Shown: positions 1-8,296, counted from the stretch's first letter. The stretch: DNA of 23,844 nt from Oscillochloris sp. ZM17-4 (GCF_019599295.1 NZ_JAIEWN010000016.1:59839-83682); one strand, 5' to 3'. Translations and numbers: made by a program. The notes: generated by a model from the letters alone, not told the origin.

Positions 1-1
1 G

Positions 2-2470
2 CCACTGCATATCGTCGCGCTCAGCGGCCCCCTTGCGGGCCGTACATTTCCGCTTGGCGACGTACCTCTATCCCTGGGCCGGACGCCCGAGAACACGATT
101 GTCATCGCGAGCCCGCTGGCCTCGCGCCGCCACGCCGAGCTGCGCCCCGAGGGCGGCGGCTATGTTGTGTATGACCTGGGCAGCTCGAACGGCACCTCGG
201 TGAACGGCCAGCGCGTGCAGTCCCACCGGCTCATGCCCGGCGATGTGATCATGATCGGCGACGAGTCATTTCGCTTTAACGCCCCGGCGGTCGATCAGAC
301 CCTGCTGGCCGCGCCGGCGCCCACGCAGCTGGTCGGGGGCGCGCAGCCGCCGGCCCAGCCGCCCCTGCCGCCCGTCGCGGGGCCGGGCTTCGGCCTGCCG
401 CCCCTCGCAGCATCTCGCCCGCCGCGATCTGGCTCGCGCCTGCCGATCTTCATCGCTCTGGGTGTGCTGATGGCCTGCGTCGTGGTCGCCGGCCTCGGCG
501 GCGGCGTCTTCCTGCTCACCCGCTCCGGCGGGGGCGGGACGACGACCTCGGCCACGCGGGAGCCCGTCGCCACATCGGCCGCCGGCGCGGCCACGCCCGG
601 CCCGGCGCCCACCCGCGCCGCCGCCGGCCAGGACGCCGAGTGGACGGTGCTGGTCTACCTCGACGGCGACAATAACCTGGAGTCCGACGCGCTGACCGAC
701 TTCGCCGAGATGGCCCAGGTCGGGTCGAGCGACCAGATCAAGATCGTCGTCCAGCTCGACCGGGTCTCCTCGCGCGAGTCGTGGGATGACACGACGGCGG
801 GCGACTGGGACGGCACGAAGCGCTTTCTGGTCGAGAAGGGCATGCGGCCCACCGCGGCCAGCGCGCTGGAGGATCTGGGCGAGCAGAATATGGGCGACCC
901 GGATGTGCTGGCCGACTTTGTCAGCTGGGGGATCGACAGCTACCCGGCCCGGCGCTACGCCCTGATCATCTGGGACCACGGGGCCTCGTGGCTGGGGATC
1001 GCCAGCGACGACACCTCGGAGGACCAGCTGAACCTGCCGGAGCTGGGCGCGGCCCTGGAGACGGCCCGCCAGAGCACGCCCTACGGCACCCTCGACCTGA
1101 TCGGCTTCGACGCCTGCCTGATGGCCCAGCTCGACGTGCTGCTGGCCGTCGAGCCCTACGCCCAGGTGGCGGTGGCCTCGGCCGAGCTTGAGCCGAACCA
1201 GGGCTGGGCCTGGGACACGTGGCTGGCCGCCCTGGCGGATGACCCCGGTCAGGACGCCCTGGCGATCGCGCCGAAGATCGTCGAGAGCTACATCGACTCC
1301 TACCGCTTCGCCGACGCCGATGACGTGACGCTCTCGGCCTTCGACCTGGCCAGGCTGGCCCCGATCACGCAGCAGCTCGACCGGCTCTCGCAGGCGATGC
1401 TCGCCGACATGGGCCGCTCGTACAACGCGATCGGCCAGGCCCGCTCCTACGTGGATGTCTACGCGCCCTCCTACTCCGAGGAGTTCAACGCGGTGGACCT
1501 GGGCCAGTTCGCCCAGCTGCTGCCCGCGCAGGGCGCGACGGGCGAGGTGGCGGCGGCGGCGGCCGACCTGGGCGACGCCCTGGGGCAGGCCCGCATCGCC
1601 AATGGGGCCGGCAGCTACCACGCCAGCTCCAGCGGCCTCTCGATCTACTTCCCGCAGCTGGCCGATCTGTATGTGGACGCCTACGAGCGCGGGTCGCCGC
1701 TGCCCCGCGCCACCCGGTGGGCCGACTTCCTCAAGGGCTTCCACAGCGCCGGCGACACGGCGGTGACGACGCCGACGATCAGCGGGCTCCAGATCGACAG
1801 CACCCTGGTCAGCACCAACGCACCGGTCACGCTGAGCGGCGCGCTCAGCGGCAGCGACATCGCCTACGTCTTCTCATTCATCGGCATCCCCAACGCCAGC
1901 CGCGACACGGTGGACCTGATCTATGTGGACTACATCCTGCCGCCGGGGGCCGCCCCGGGCGACGACTCGCCGGTCTGGCCCGACGGGCAGTTTAACCTGA
2001 GCCTGACCTGGGACGCGACGAGCTGGTACCTGAGCAATGGACAGAGCCAGATCGAGGCGCTGCTGGGGCCGGTGAAGTACGGCAGCAACTTCTACGGCGT
2101 CGAGGGCGTATACACCTCGCAGGCCACCGGCGAGCAGATCGACGCCGGCCTGATCTTCAACGTGCAGGGCGACGCGGGCGACCTGGTGCGGATCTGGGGC
2201 TTCCCCAAGAACAAGCAGGACTCACAGCCCTACGAGCTGAAGGCGGCCCCCGGCGACACCTTCACCGCCTACACGCGCAGCTACACCGACACCGGCGGCA
2301 GCCTGGACCCGGCGCGGGTGCAGGGGCAGACGATCACCTTCGGCGACACGCCGCTGAGCGCCAGCTACGGCCCGACCCTGAGCGGCGACTATGTGATGGG
2401 CTTCCTGGTGCGCGACATCGCCGGGAACTTTAGCTACGACTATGTCGACGTGACGGTAGATAACCCATAG
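2..2470 (+). CDS. FHA domain / single-pass TM / extracytoplasmic clostripain-like (peptidase C11, clan CD) protein. 5'-partial: the ORF is open to the window edge
   Basis: The frame containing the listed 167..2470 ORF stays open back to nt 2. The upstream translation 'PLHIVALSGPLAGRTFPLGDVPLSLGRTPENTIVIASPLASRRHAELRPEGGGYVVYDLGSSNGTSVNGQRV' is a canonical FHA domain. A hydrophobic helix 'IFIALGVLMACVVVAGLGGGVFLL' lies at about nt 440-520. The C11-like motifs follow: 'VLVYLDGDNNLE', 'RYALIIWDHGASW' (catalytic His) and 'LDLIGFDACLMAQ' (catalytic Cys), then a Ser/Thr/Gly-rich beta-sandwich tail. GC3 is high, as in the other confident genes. Confidence 0.8.
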   Translation, partial: PLHIVALSGPLAGRTFPLGDVPLSLGRTPENTIVIASPLASRRHAELRPEGGGYVVYDLGSSNGTSVNGQRVQSHRLMPGDVIMIGDESFRFNAPAVDQTLLAAPAPTQLVGGAQPPAQPPLPPVAGPGFGLPPLAASRPPRSGSRLPIFIALGVLMACVVVAGLGGGVFLLTRSGGGGTTTSATREPVATSAAGAATPGPAPTRAAAGQDAEWTVLVYLDGDNNLESDALTDFAEMAQVGSSDQIKIVVQLDRVSSRESWDDTTAGDWDGTKRFLVEKGMRPTAASALEDLGEQNMGDPDVLADFVSWGIDSYPARRYALIIWDHGASWLGIASDDTSEDQLNLPELGAALETARQSTPYGTLDLIGFDACLMAQLDVLLAVEPYAQVAVASAELEPNQGWAWDTWLAALADDPGQDALAIAPKIVESYIDSYRFADADDVTLSAFDLARLAPITQQLDRLSQAMLADMGRSYNAIGQARSYVDVYAPSYSEEFNAVDLGQFAQLLPAQGATGEVAAAAADLGDALGQARIANGAGSYHASSSGLSIYFPQLADLYVDAYERGSPLPRATRWADFLKGFHSAGDTAVTTPTISGLQIDSTLVSTNAPVTLSGALSGSDIAYVFSFIGIPNASRDTVDLIYVDYILPPGAAPGDDSPVWPDGQFNLSLTWDATSWYLSNGQSQIEALLGPVKYGSNFYGVEGVYTSQATGEQIDAGLIFNVQGDAGDLVRIWGFPKNKQDSQPYELKAAPGDTFTAYTRSYTDTGGSLDPARVQGQTITFGDTPLSASYGPTLSGDYVMGFLVRDIAGNFSYDYVDVTVDNP

Positions 2471-2471
2471 T

Positions 2472-2512
2472 ACAGGGGACAGGGGACAGGGGACAGGGGA
2501 CAGGGGACAGGG
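2472..2512 (+). repeat. (ACAGGGG)x5.9 heptamer tandem array. G-tracts are spaced for a G-quadruplex. A degenerate inverted partner (CCTGTNCC units) lies at 2558-2587
   Basis: Read directly: 'acaggggacaggggacaggggacaggggacaggggacaggg' begins 2 nt after the TAG stop at 2468-2470. 'cctgttccctgt...tgtgtcctgtcccc' occurs 45-75 nt downstream, just before the RBS 'ggagg' of the next gene. Confidence 0.9.
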
Positions 2513-2606
2513 TGATGTTACAGACTGGTATCTCATATCGCTCACGTATGCGCTCCGCCTGTTCCCTGTACGCTGTGTCCTGTCCCCTTGTCTTACTGGA
2601 GGAACG

Positions 2607-3863
2607 ATGACCTTTCGCGATATGCTGGCGACCGCACTAGAGAACCTCGGCCGGCGCAAGGTGCGCACCGTGCTCACATCCACCGGCGTGATCGTCGGCA
2701 TCCTGACGATCGTGACCATGGTCTCGCTGGGGGTGGGCGTACAGAGCGAGATCCAGGCCCAGTTCTCGGCGCTCGGCCTAGAGAACCTGTTCGTGCGGCC
2801 GGGCGAGCAGCGCAGCCAGGACTTCTTCACCCGCTACGCGGAGCCGCAGCGCGAGCACCCGATCACCCCGGAGGTGATCGCGGAGTGGGGGCGGCTGCCG
2901 GGCGTGGTCAGCGTGACGCCGGTGATCGACCTGTCGGCGGTGGCCAGCTCGCTGGAGCTGCCGGGCGGCGACCTTTCGGCGGTGTCGGTCGTCGGGCCGC
3001 GGGTCTTCGCGCCGAACCCCTTCCAGCGTGAGCTAACGGCGGTGGCGGGCACGATCACCCTGGCGGCCGAGCGGCGCGGCGAGATGGTGCTTGGCCAGGG
3101 GGCGCTGCCGAGCGGCGTGCGGCCGGAGGATGTGGTCGGCAAGCAGCTCAACATCGTCCTGCGCAGCCCGCGCGGCGAGACCGAGCGCTTCCCGCTGACG
3201 GTGGTGGGCGTGAGCAGCGGCGAGGACTCGGAGGCGCAGGCGACGGCCCTGGACATGGCCGCGATGAAGTCCTGGTGGTTCAACACGCCGGACTACCTGG
3301 ACGCGCAGGGCTACGACTCGGCGGTGGTGCGGGCGAAGGACGTGAGCATCGCCACGCAGCTGCTCGCCACCTTCCGCGATGCGGGCTTCCGGGTGCAGTC
3401 GCTGGAGCTGATCCTCGACGCGGCGAACCGGGTGTTCGCGCTGATCAACGTCATGCTCTCATCTATCGGCGGGCTGGCCCTGTTCGTGGCCAGCCTGGGG
3501 ATCGTCAACACCATGATCATGGCGATCTACGAGCGCACGCGCGAGATCGGCACCCTGAAGGCGATCGGAGCCTCGCGCGGCGACATCCGCAACATGTTCA
3601 TGATCGAGGCCGGGCTGATCGGCGCCCTGGGCGGGGTGGTCGGCATCATTGGCGGCTGGCTGCTCGGCATCCTGCTGAACCAGGTGATCGCCTGGTACAT
3701 CGCGCAGGAGAGCCTGCCGATCCAGGCGACCTTCTTTGTGACGCCGTGGTGGCTGGCGCTCGCGGCGCTGGGCTTCGCCGGCCTGGTGGGGGTGGTCGCC
3801 GGGCTCTACCCGGCGGCGCGGGCCGCCCGGCTCGACCCGCTGGTGGCGCTGCGCTATGAGTAG
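2607..3863 (+). CDS. ABC transporter permease, FtsX/MacB family: one N-terminal TM, a large periplasmic domain and a C-terminal FtsX 3-TM bundle
   Basis: RBS 'ggagg' lies 8 nt upstream of the ATG. TM1 is 'VLTSTGVIVGILTIVTMVSLGVGV'. The C-terminal region 'LGIVNTMIMAIYERTREIGTLKAIGASRGDIRNMFMIEAGLIGALGG...LDPLVALRYE' is typical of the FtsX domain. No ABC ATPase gene is adjacent. Confidence 0.85.
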   Translation: MTFRDMLATALENLGRRKVRTVLTSTGVIVGILTIVTMVSLGVGVQSEIQAQFSALGLENLFVRPGEQRSQDFFTRYAEPQREHPITPEVIAEWGRLPGVVSVTPVIDLSAVASSLELPGGDLSAVSVVGPRVFAPNPFQRELTAVAGTITLAAERRGEMVLGQGALPSGVRPEDVVGKQLNIVLRSPRGETERFPLTVVGVSSGEDSEAQATALDMAAMKSWWFNTPDYLDAQGYDSAVVRAKDVSIATQLLATFRDAGFRVQSLELILDAANRVFALINVMLSSIGGLALFVASLGIVNTMIMAIYERTREIGTLKAIGASRGDIRNMFMIEAGLIGALGGVVGIIGGWLLGILLNQVIAWYIAQESLPIQATFFVTPWWLALAALGFAGLVGVVAGLYPAARAARLDPLVALRYE

Positions 3864-3883
3864 TGGGAAGGAGCGACGAGGGG

Positions 3884-5134
3884 ATGGCATACCCGATCAG
3901 CATGTTGATGGCTCGCCTGCAGCAGACCGGCCAGGATGTGGTCAGCGGGTGTTACACGCCGGCCACGCTGGCGCAGCTGTCGCAGAGCCTTTCGCGGATC
4001 GTCTTCACCGGCGACACGAGCATCATCCTGGCGATCGGCAACGACCCGCAGCGGGCATGGGCCGACCTTGCCATGCGCGGCTTGAGCGTCGCCGCGCGGC
4101 GGGTTGATCTATCGCCCGCGACTGGGCCGCAGCTCGGCTTCGCCCTGATCGGCGTCGGCCAGGTCAGCGGGTTTGTCCTGGCGGCCGCCCCGATCGAGCC
4201 GCTGGACCGCGACGAGAGCCTGTGGCTCTACGACGCGCTCTGGAGCTGCGACCCGGCAGCCCTGCGCGCCGCCACCGATCTGCTGCGCGAGACGTCCGAG
4301 GCCGATATCTCTGGCGCCATCGATGGTCTCACCGCCCCCCCGCCGGAGTCGCTGCTGCGCCTGAGCGGCGACCTGCTCGACTTCGCCGCGCGCCAGCACA
4401 GCACCCTCGGCGTGACCAACCGATCGCTGGCCGAGCGCATGCGCAACCAGGAGGACCAGACGCGCATGATCGTCCACGATATGCGCGCGCCGCTCCACAC
4501 CCTGCTGATCAGCATCAAGGCCCTCCAGCGCCAGCGCTTCGACCCCGAGGGCCGCAACGAGCTGCTTGAGGTGGCCCGCGACAGCGCCGGCTATCTGCTC
4601 AACCTGACCGAGACGGTGCTGGACTCGGCGCGCCTGGAGACGAGCGGCTGGGCGGTGAAGCGCCAGCCGGTGCGTATCCTGAACCTGGTGCAGTCGGTGT
4701 GCGACCCGCTTGAGCTCGCGGCGCGACCGGACCAGGCCCAGCTGCACCACAGCGTGGCCGACGACATGCCGGTGATCTGGGTCGACCGCGCCCTGATGGA
4801 GCGGGTGCTGACGAACCTGCTCACGAACGCGATCAAGTACACCCCGGCCAGCGGCCAGATCAGCGTGTCGGCCCAGCTCATCCACGATGGCCACGCAGTG
4901 GAGATCAGCGTGCTCGACACTGGACACGGCATCTCGCAGGAGGCGCAGGCCCATATCTTCGAGCGCTTCTACCAGGCGAACGACAGCGACCGTCGCCGGG
5001 GCACAGGGCTCGGCCTGTACTTCTGCCGGCTCGCGGTGGAGGCCCACGGCGGCAGCATCGACGTGCGGAGCGCCGTCGGCGAGGGCAGCACCTTCATTAT
5101 CGTCCTGCCGGTCGATGCGCCTAAGGAGGGCTGA
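3884..5134 (+). CDS. Soluble sensor histidine kinase (HisKA + HATPase_c) with an uncharacterised ~200-aa N-terminal domain. An alternative GTG start at 3863 overlaps the permease stop
   Basis: H-box 'HDMRAPLHTLLISIKAL'. N/G boxes 'LTNLLTNAIKYT', 'DTGHGIS', 'GTGLGLYFCRLAVEAHGG'. RBS 'ggaaggag' precedes the ATG at 3884. The upstream gene's TAG at 3861-3863 overlaps a GTG in the same frame (TAGTG), suggesting translational coupling. No response regulator or TM segment is present. Confidence 0.85.
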   Translation: MAYPISMLMARLQQTGQDVVSGCYTPATLAQLSQSLSRIVFTGDTSIILAIGNDPQRAWADLAMRGLSVAARRVDLSPATGPQLGFALIGVGQVSGFVLAAAPIEPLDRDESLWLYDALWSCDPAALRAATDLLRETSEADISGAIDGLTAPPPESLLRLSGDLLDFAARQHSTLGVTNRSLAERMRNQEDQTRMIVHDMRAPLHTLLISIKALQRQRFDPEGRNELLEVARDSAGYLLNLTETVLDSARLETSGWAVKRQPVRILNLVQSVCDPLELAARPDQAQLHHSVADDMPVIWVDRALMERVLTNLLTNAIKYTPASGQISVSAQLIHDGHAVEISVLDTGHGISQEAQAHIFERFYQANDSDRRRGTGLGLYFCRLAVEAHGGSIDVRSAVGEGSTFIIVLPVDAPKEG

Positions 5135-5262
5135 CGGCAATATCGCTGAAGTCACGCTGTCACCCTGAGTCGCCCGGTCGTAAACGGCCGGGCTGAGTCT
5201 ACGAAGGCCGCTGAAGAGGCCTCGGACAGGGCTTCAGCACGCATATGGGATGGCCGCCCCCA

Positions 5263-5335
5263 GTAGGGCCGAAGCATTCGCACCGGATGAATCTGCGTGT
5301 CGCACATGCATAGGGTGCGAATGCTTCGGCCCTAC
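5263..5335. repeat. 22-bp perfect inverted repeat with a 29-nt loop between convergent genes. Member of a GTAGGG...CCCTAC hairpin family
   Basis: 'gtagggccgaagcattcgcacc' at 5263-5284 is the exact reverse complement of 'ggtgcgaatgcttcggccctac' at 5314-5335. The loop contains the AATCTGC heptamer. Confidence 0.85.
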
Positions 5336-5477
5336 AGTGCCCCTGGCGGGTATGGGTCGCCCCGGCGGGCCGACACGGGGCGGAGGGTGGTCGATCCGGT
5401 TTCGGTTAACCTCATGCACATGGGACTTCAGCCCCGGGCGAGCGTCGCCGCACCGCGTGACTTCTGCGGTATTGCCA

Positions 5478-8012
5478 TCAGCCCTTCTTGATCACCTCGC
5501 GGGAGCGCCCGCCCTCGGCCGGGCCGACCACCCCCTGCTGCTCCAGCAGGTCGATCAGCTGGGCGGCCTTGCTGTAGCCGATGCGCAGCCGGCGCTGGAG
5601 CAGCGAGGCCGAGGCCCGCTGGTGCTGCTCCACCAGGGCCTTCGCCTGCGGCAGCAGCTCGTCCTGCTCGTCCACGCTGAGGAACTCCGCCGGCGGCCGG
5701 TAGGCCTCGTCGGGGGTTGGGGGCTGGGGGGTGGGGGTTGGGGTCGCGCCCGCCTCGGTCGGCCGTGGGCCAGGGAGGGCGCCGCTGAAGGGCGGGCCAT
5801 TCATCCCCAGCGAGCCGCCGGCCTTCGCCTTCACCTCCTCCTCGGTGTCCGGGGGCAGCGCCTTGCGCCAGAAGTCGACGATCTTCTCGACCTCGCGGTC
5901 GGAGACGTAGGTGCCCTGGACGCGCACCAGCTTGGCGGAGTCGGCGGCCATGTAGAGCATATCGCCGCGGCCAAGCAGCTGGTCGGCGCCGGGGCCATCG
6001 AGGATGACCCGGCTGTCGACCTGGGAGGTGACGGCGAAGGCGATCCGCGAGGGGAAGTTGGCCTTGATCAGGCCGGTGATCACATCCACCGAGGGGCGCT
6101 GGGTGGCGATGATAAGGTGGATGCCGGTGGCGCGGGCCATCTGGGCCAGGCGGCAGATGTAGGTCTCCGTCTCATCGGGGGCCATCATCATCAGGTCGGC
6201 CAGCTCGTCGATGATGATCAGGATGTAGGGCATCGGCTCCAGGTCGGCGCGCTTGCGGGCCAGCAGCTTATAGCTCTCCAGGTTGCGGCAGCCGTGGCGG
6301 GCGAAGATCTTATAGCGCCGCTCCATCTCGCGGGTGGCCCACTTCAGGGTCGGCACCACCCGCTCCAGCTCCGTCACCACTGGCGAGAGCAGGTGCGGCA
6401 CCCGGTTGTAGACGATCATCTCGACCATCTTCGGGTCGACCAGGATGAGCTTCAGGTCGTCGGGGCTATGCTTGAGCAGCAGGCCGCAGAGGAAGGCGTT
6501 GATCGCCACCGACTTGCCGGAGCCGGTCGAGCCGGCCACCAGCAGGTGCGGCATCTTAGTCATGTCGGCGATGATCGGCGTGCCGCTGACGTCCTTGCCG
6601 AGGGGCAGCTTGAGCTTGCCGCGGCTGGCCTCAAACTCCTCGCTGTCGATCACCTCGCGCATGCTGACCATGGCGATCGCCGAGTTGGGGATCTCGATGC
6701 CGACGGCGGCCTTGCCGGGGATGGGCGCCTCGATGCGGATGGAGGGCGCGGCCAGGGCCAGGGCTAGGTCGCGCTCCAGCGAGGTGATCTTGCTGACCTT
6801 GACGCCCACGGCGGGCTGCAGCTCGAACTGCGTCACCGCCGGGCCGGGGTTCACATTCACCACCTGGGCCTCGACCTTAAAGCTGGCCAGGGTCTCCTCG
6901 ATCAGGCGCGAGCGGGCGCGGATATCCTCGTCGCTGATGCCCGCCTCGGCGCTGTAGGAGTCGAGCATCTCCATCACGGGCAGCGGCCAGGCTCGGTGTA
7001 CCGCCGGCACATCGAAGCCGTCCAGCGCCTCCTGCACCGTCTCGACCACCGGCTCGGGGGTGGGGCGGGGCAGGACGCTGCGCTGGGCCGGCTCTGGGGC
7101 CGGGGCGGCGGGCGGGCCGCCCAGGGTCGGGGCTGGCGCGCCCTTGCCGGCGGCGGGCGCGGCGGGCGCGGCCGGCGGCGGCGCCGCGCCCCTGCCGGCG
7201 GCGGCGGGGTCGCCGCCGGGGCGCTGGAAGAGGCTGGCCTTTGTGGTGCGGGCGGCGATCGGAGTCTGGGTCAGGTCATCATCCGCGCCGAGGGGCGGCG
7301 GCTGGAAGGGCAGGTCGTCGTCGGCCAGCGCGGGTCGGCGGGGCGCGGCGGGGCGGCGCGGCGCGCCCCAGAGCAGCGCCCAGAAGCGGGCGGCGCGCAC
7401 GCTCATGCCGATGATCAGCTCGCGCAGGGTGATGTTAAACGTCAGCATGACCCCGGCCAGGCCGAGCACGATCACCACTAGCACCGCCGCGGGCCGGCCG
7501 ATGCTGCGGTCCAGCCCCTCGACCACCCCGGAGCCGATCAGGCCGCCGCCCTGGTCGATCCGGTCGGCCAGATTGATCTCGTGGAAGGGGAACTCCAGCA
7601 GGCCGAGGATGGCCGCCAGGACGAGCACGGTGCCCAGGGCGTTGGCCCCAGACAGCTGCGCGTCCTGCATGCGCTCCTGGATGAGGATGGCCACGCCGAG
7701 CAGGCCCAGCGTCACCGGCACCACCAGCGCCCCGCTGCCGAAGGCCCGCCGGACCACCTCCAGGTAGAGCCCTCCGACGCCGCCAGCGACCCCGGTGAAG
7801 AAGAAGACCAGCGTCACCAGGGCGACGGTGATCAGCGCGAGGGCGAACAGCTCGCGCTGGTGCTCGGGGCGCAGCGAGATCGCGAAGGCCGGCTTCTCCT
7901 TGCGCGCGCCCCGGCGCGCCGGCGCCCTGCCCTTGCCCGCCGGCCGCCGGCCGCCGCTGCCGCCCGCCTTATTCCCGCCCCGTGAGGCCATAGGGTGCCC
8001 TCTCCTGCGCAT
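5478..8012 (-). CDS. ftsK: DNA translocase FtsK: N-terminal 4-TM domain, Pro/Ala-rich linker, RecA-like motor and C-terminal gamma (winged-helix) domain
   Basis: Walker A 'GSTGSGKSVAINA', Walker B 'LIIIDELADLMM', 'IHLIIATQRPSVDVITG'. Gamma domain 'LLPQAKALVEQHQRASASLLQRRLRIGYSKAAQLIDLLEQQGVVGP'. An alternative start M lies 7 codons in, with a better-spaced 'aggag'. Confidence 0.95.
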   Translation of the reverse strand: MRRRGHPMASRGGNKAGGSGGRRPAGKGRAPARRGARKEKPAFAISLRPEHQRELFALALITVALVTLVFFFTGVAGGVGGLYLEVVRRAFGSGALVVPVTLGLLGVAILIQERMQDAQLSGANALGTVLVLAAILGLLEFPFHEINLADRIDQGGGLIGSGVVEGLDRSIGRPAAVLVVIVLGLAGVMLTFNITLRELIIGMSVRAARFWALLWGAPRRPAAPRRPALADDDLPFQPPPLGADDDLTQTPIAARTTKASLFQRPGGDPAAAGRGAAPPPAAPAAPAAGKGAPAPTLGGPPAAPAPEPAQRSVLPRPTPEPVVETVQEALDGFDVPAVHRAWPLPVMEMLDSYSAEAGISDEDIRARSRLIEETLASFKVEAQVVNVNPGPAVTQFELQPAVGVKVSKITSLERDLALALAAPSIRIEAPIPGKAAVGIEIPNSAIAMVSMREVIDSEEFEASRGKLKLPLGKDVSGTPIIADMTKMPHLLVAGSTGSGKSVAINAFLCGLLLKHSPDDLKLILVDPKMVEMIVYNRVPHLLSPVVTELERVVPTLKWATREMERRYKIFARHGCRNLESYKLLARKRADLEPMPYILIIIDELADLMMMAPDETETYICRLAQMARATGIHLIIATQRPSVDVITGLIKANFPSRIAFAVTSQVDSRVILDGPGADQLLGRGDMLYMAADSAKLVRVQGTYVSDREVEKIVDFWRKALPPDTEEEVKAKAGGSLGMNGPPFSGALPGPRPTEAGATPTPTPQPPTPDEAYRPPAEFLSVDEQDELLPQAKALVEQHQRASASLLQRRLRIGYSKAAQLIDLLEQQGVVGPAEGGRSREVIKKG

Positions 8013-8075
8013 TCTAGTGCCGTTAGCCGGCAGTATAGCACATCTGCGCGGGGGGTGTCTCCCCGCAGGGCGGCC

Positions 8076-8147
8076 GGGGGTGGCGAAGCCACCCCCGAAG
8101 GTTTTTAGTGGGATTTTGGCGGCGAAGCCGCCAAAATCCCACTAAAA
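8076..8147. repeat. Two adjacent perfect palindromes with GAA loops and a GGC-GAA-GCC centre: a 9-bp stem (8076-8096) and a 21-bp stem (8103-8147)
   Basis: 'gggggtggc gaa gccaccccc' and 'ttttagtgggattttggcggc gaa gccgccaaaatcccactaaaa' are each an exact reverse complement around a 3-nt centre. Confidence 0.9.
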
Positions 8148-8207
8148 GCAGGGTCTGGGGCTGCGCCTATGCGTATCACGTTAGGCCCCGGGCTCCCCGG
8201 AATTCCC

Positions 8208-8260
8208 TGTTGTTTTGGCCAACATGGCCAGCTTCGCTGGCCATGTTGGCCAAAACAACA
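8208..8260. repeat. 25-bp-stem perfect palindrome with a TTC centre
   Basis: 'tgttgttttggccaacatggccagc ttc gctggccatgttggccaaaacaaca'. The core 'atggccagc-ttc-gctggccat' is identical (in reverse complement) to the core of the palindrome at 22376-22420. Confidence 0.9.
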
Positions 8261-8296
8261 CCAGTTTTTAGGGCCGCAGCCCCAGGACTCTGTAGC

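Noticed and set aside
266-1744. 492-aa minus-strand ORF antisense to the FHA-C11 gene. The same goes for other long antisense ORFs (4109..5155, 9136..10068, 9908..11212, 12310..13329, 14600..15319, 17054..19117, 20153..21662, 20163..21662, 22388..23233)
   Set aside because: Each overlaps a gene with clear domain signatures on the other strand. Sense-strand GC3 is about 90% or higher, and the antisense translations lack any recognisable motif.
5380-5425. tRNA-like 'ggtcgatccggtttcggttaacc' in the HK/ftsK spacer
   Set aside because: It cannot be folded into a cloverleaf. There is no GTTCRANYC T-loop with a matching acceptor stem. It is more likely one of the many small hairpins of this spacer.
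5250-6767. 505-aa plus-strand ORF and several others (6445..6957, 6996..7481, 7060..7767, 7581..7985) inside ftsK
   Set aside because: They are antisense to a gene with unmistakable FtsK motifs. Their translations are Arg/Gly/Ala/Pro-rich low-complexity strings typical of antisense frames in high-GC DNA. They have no RBS.
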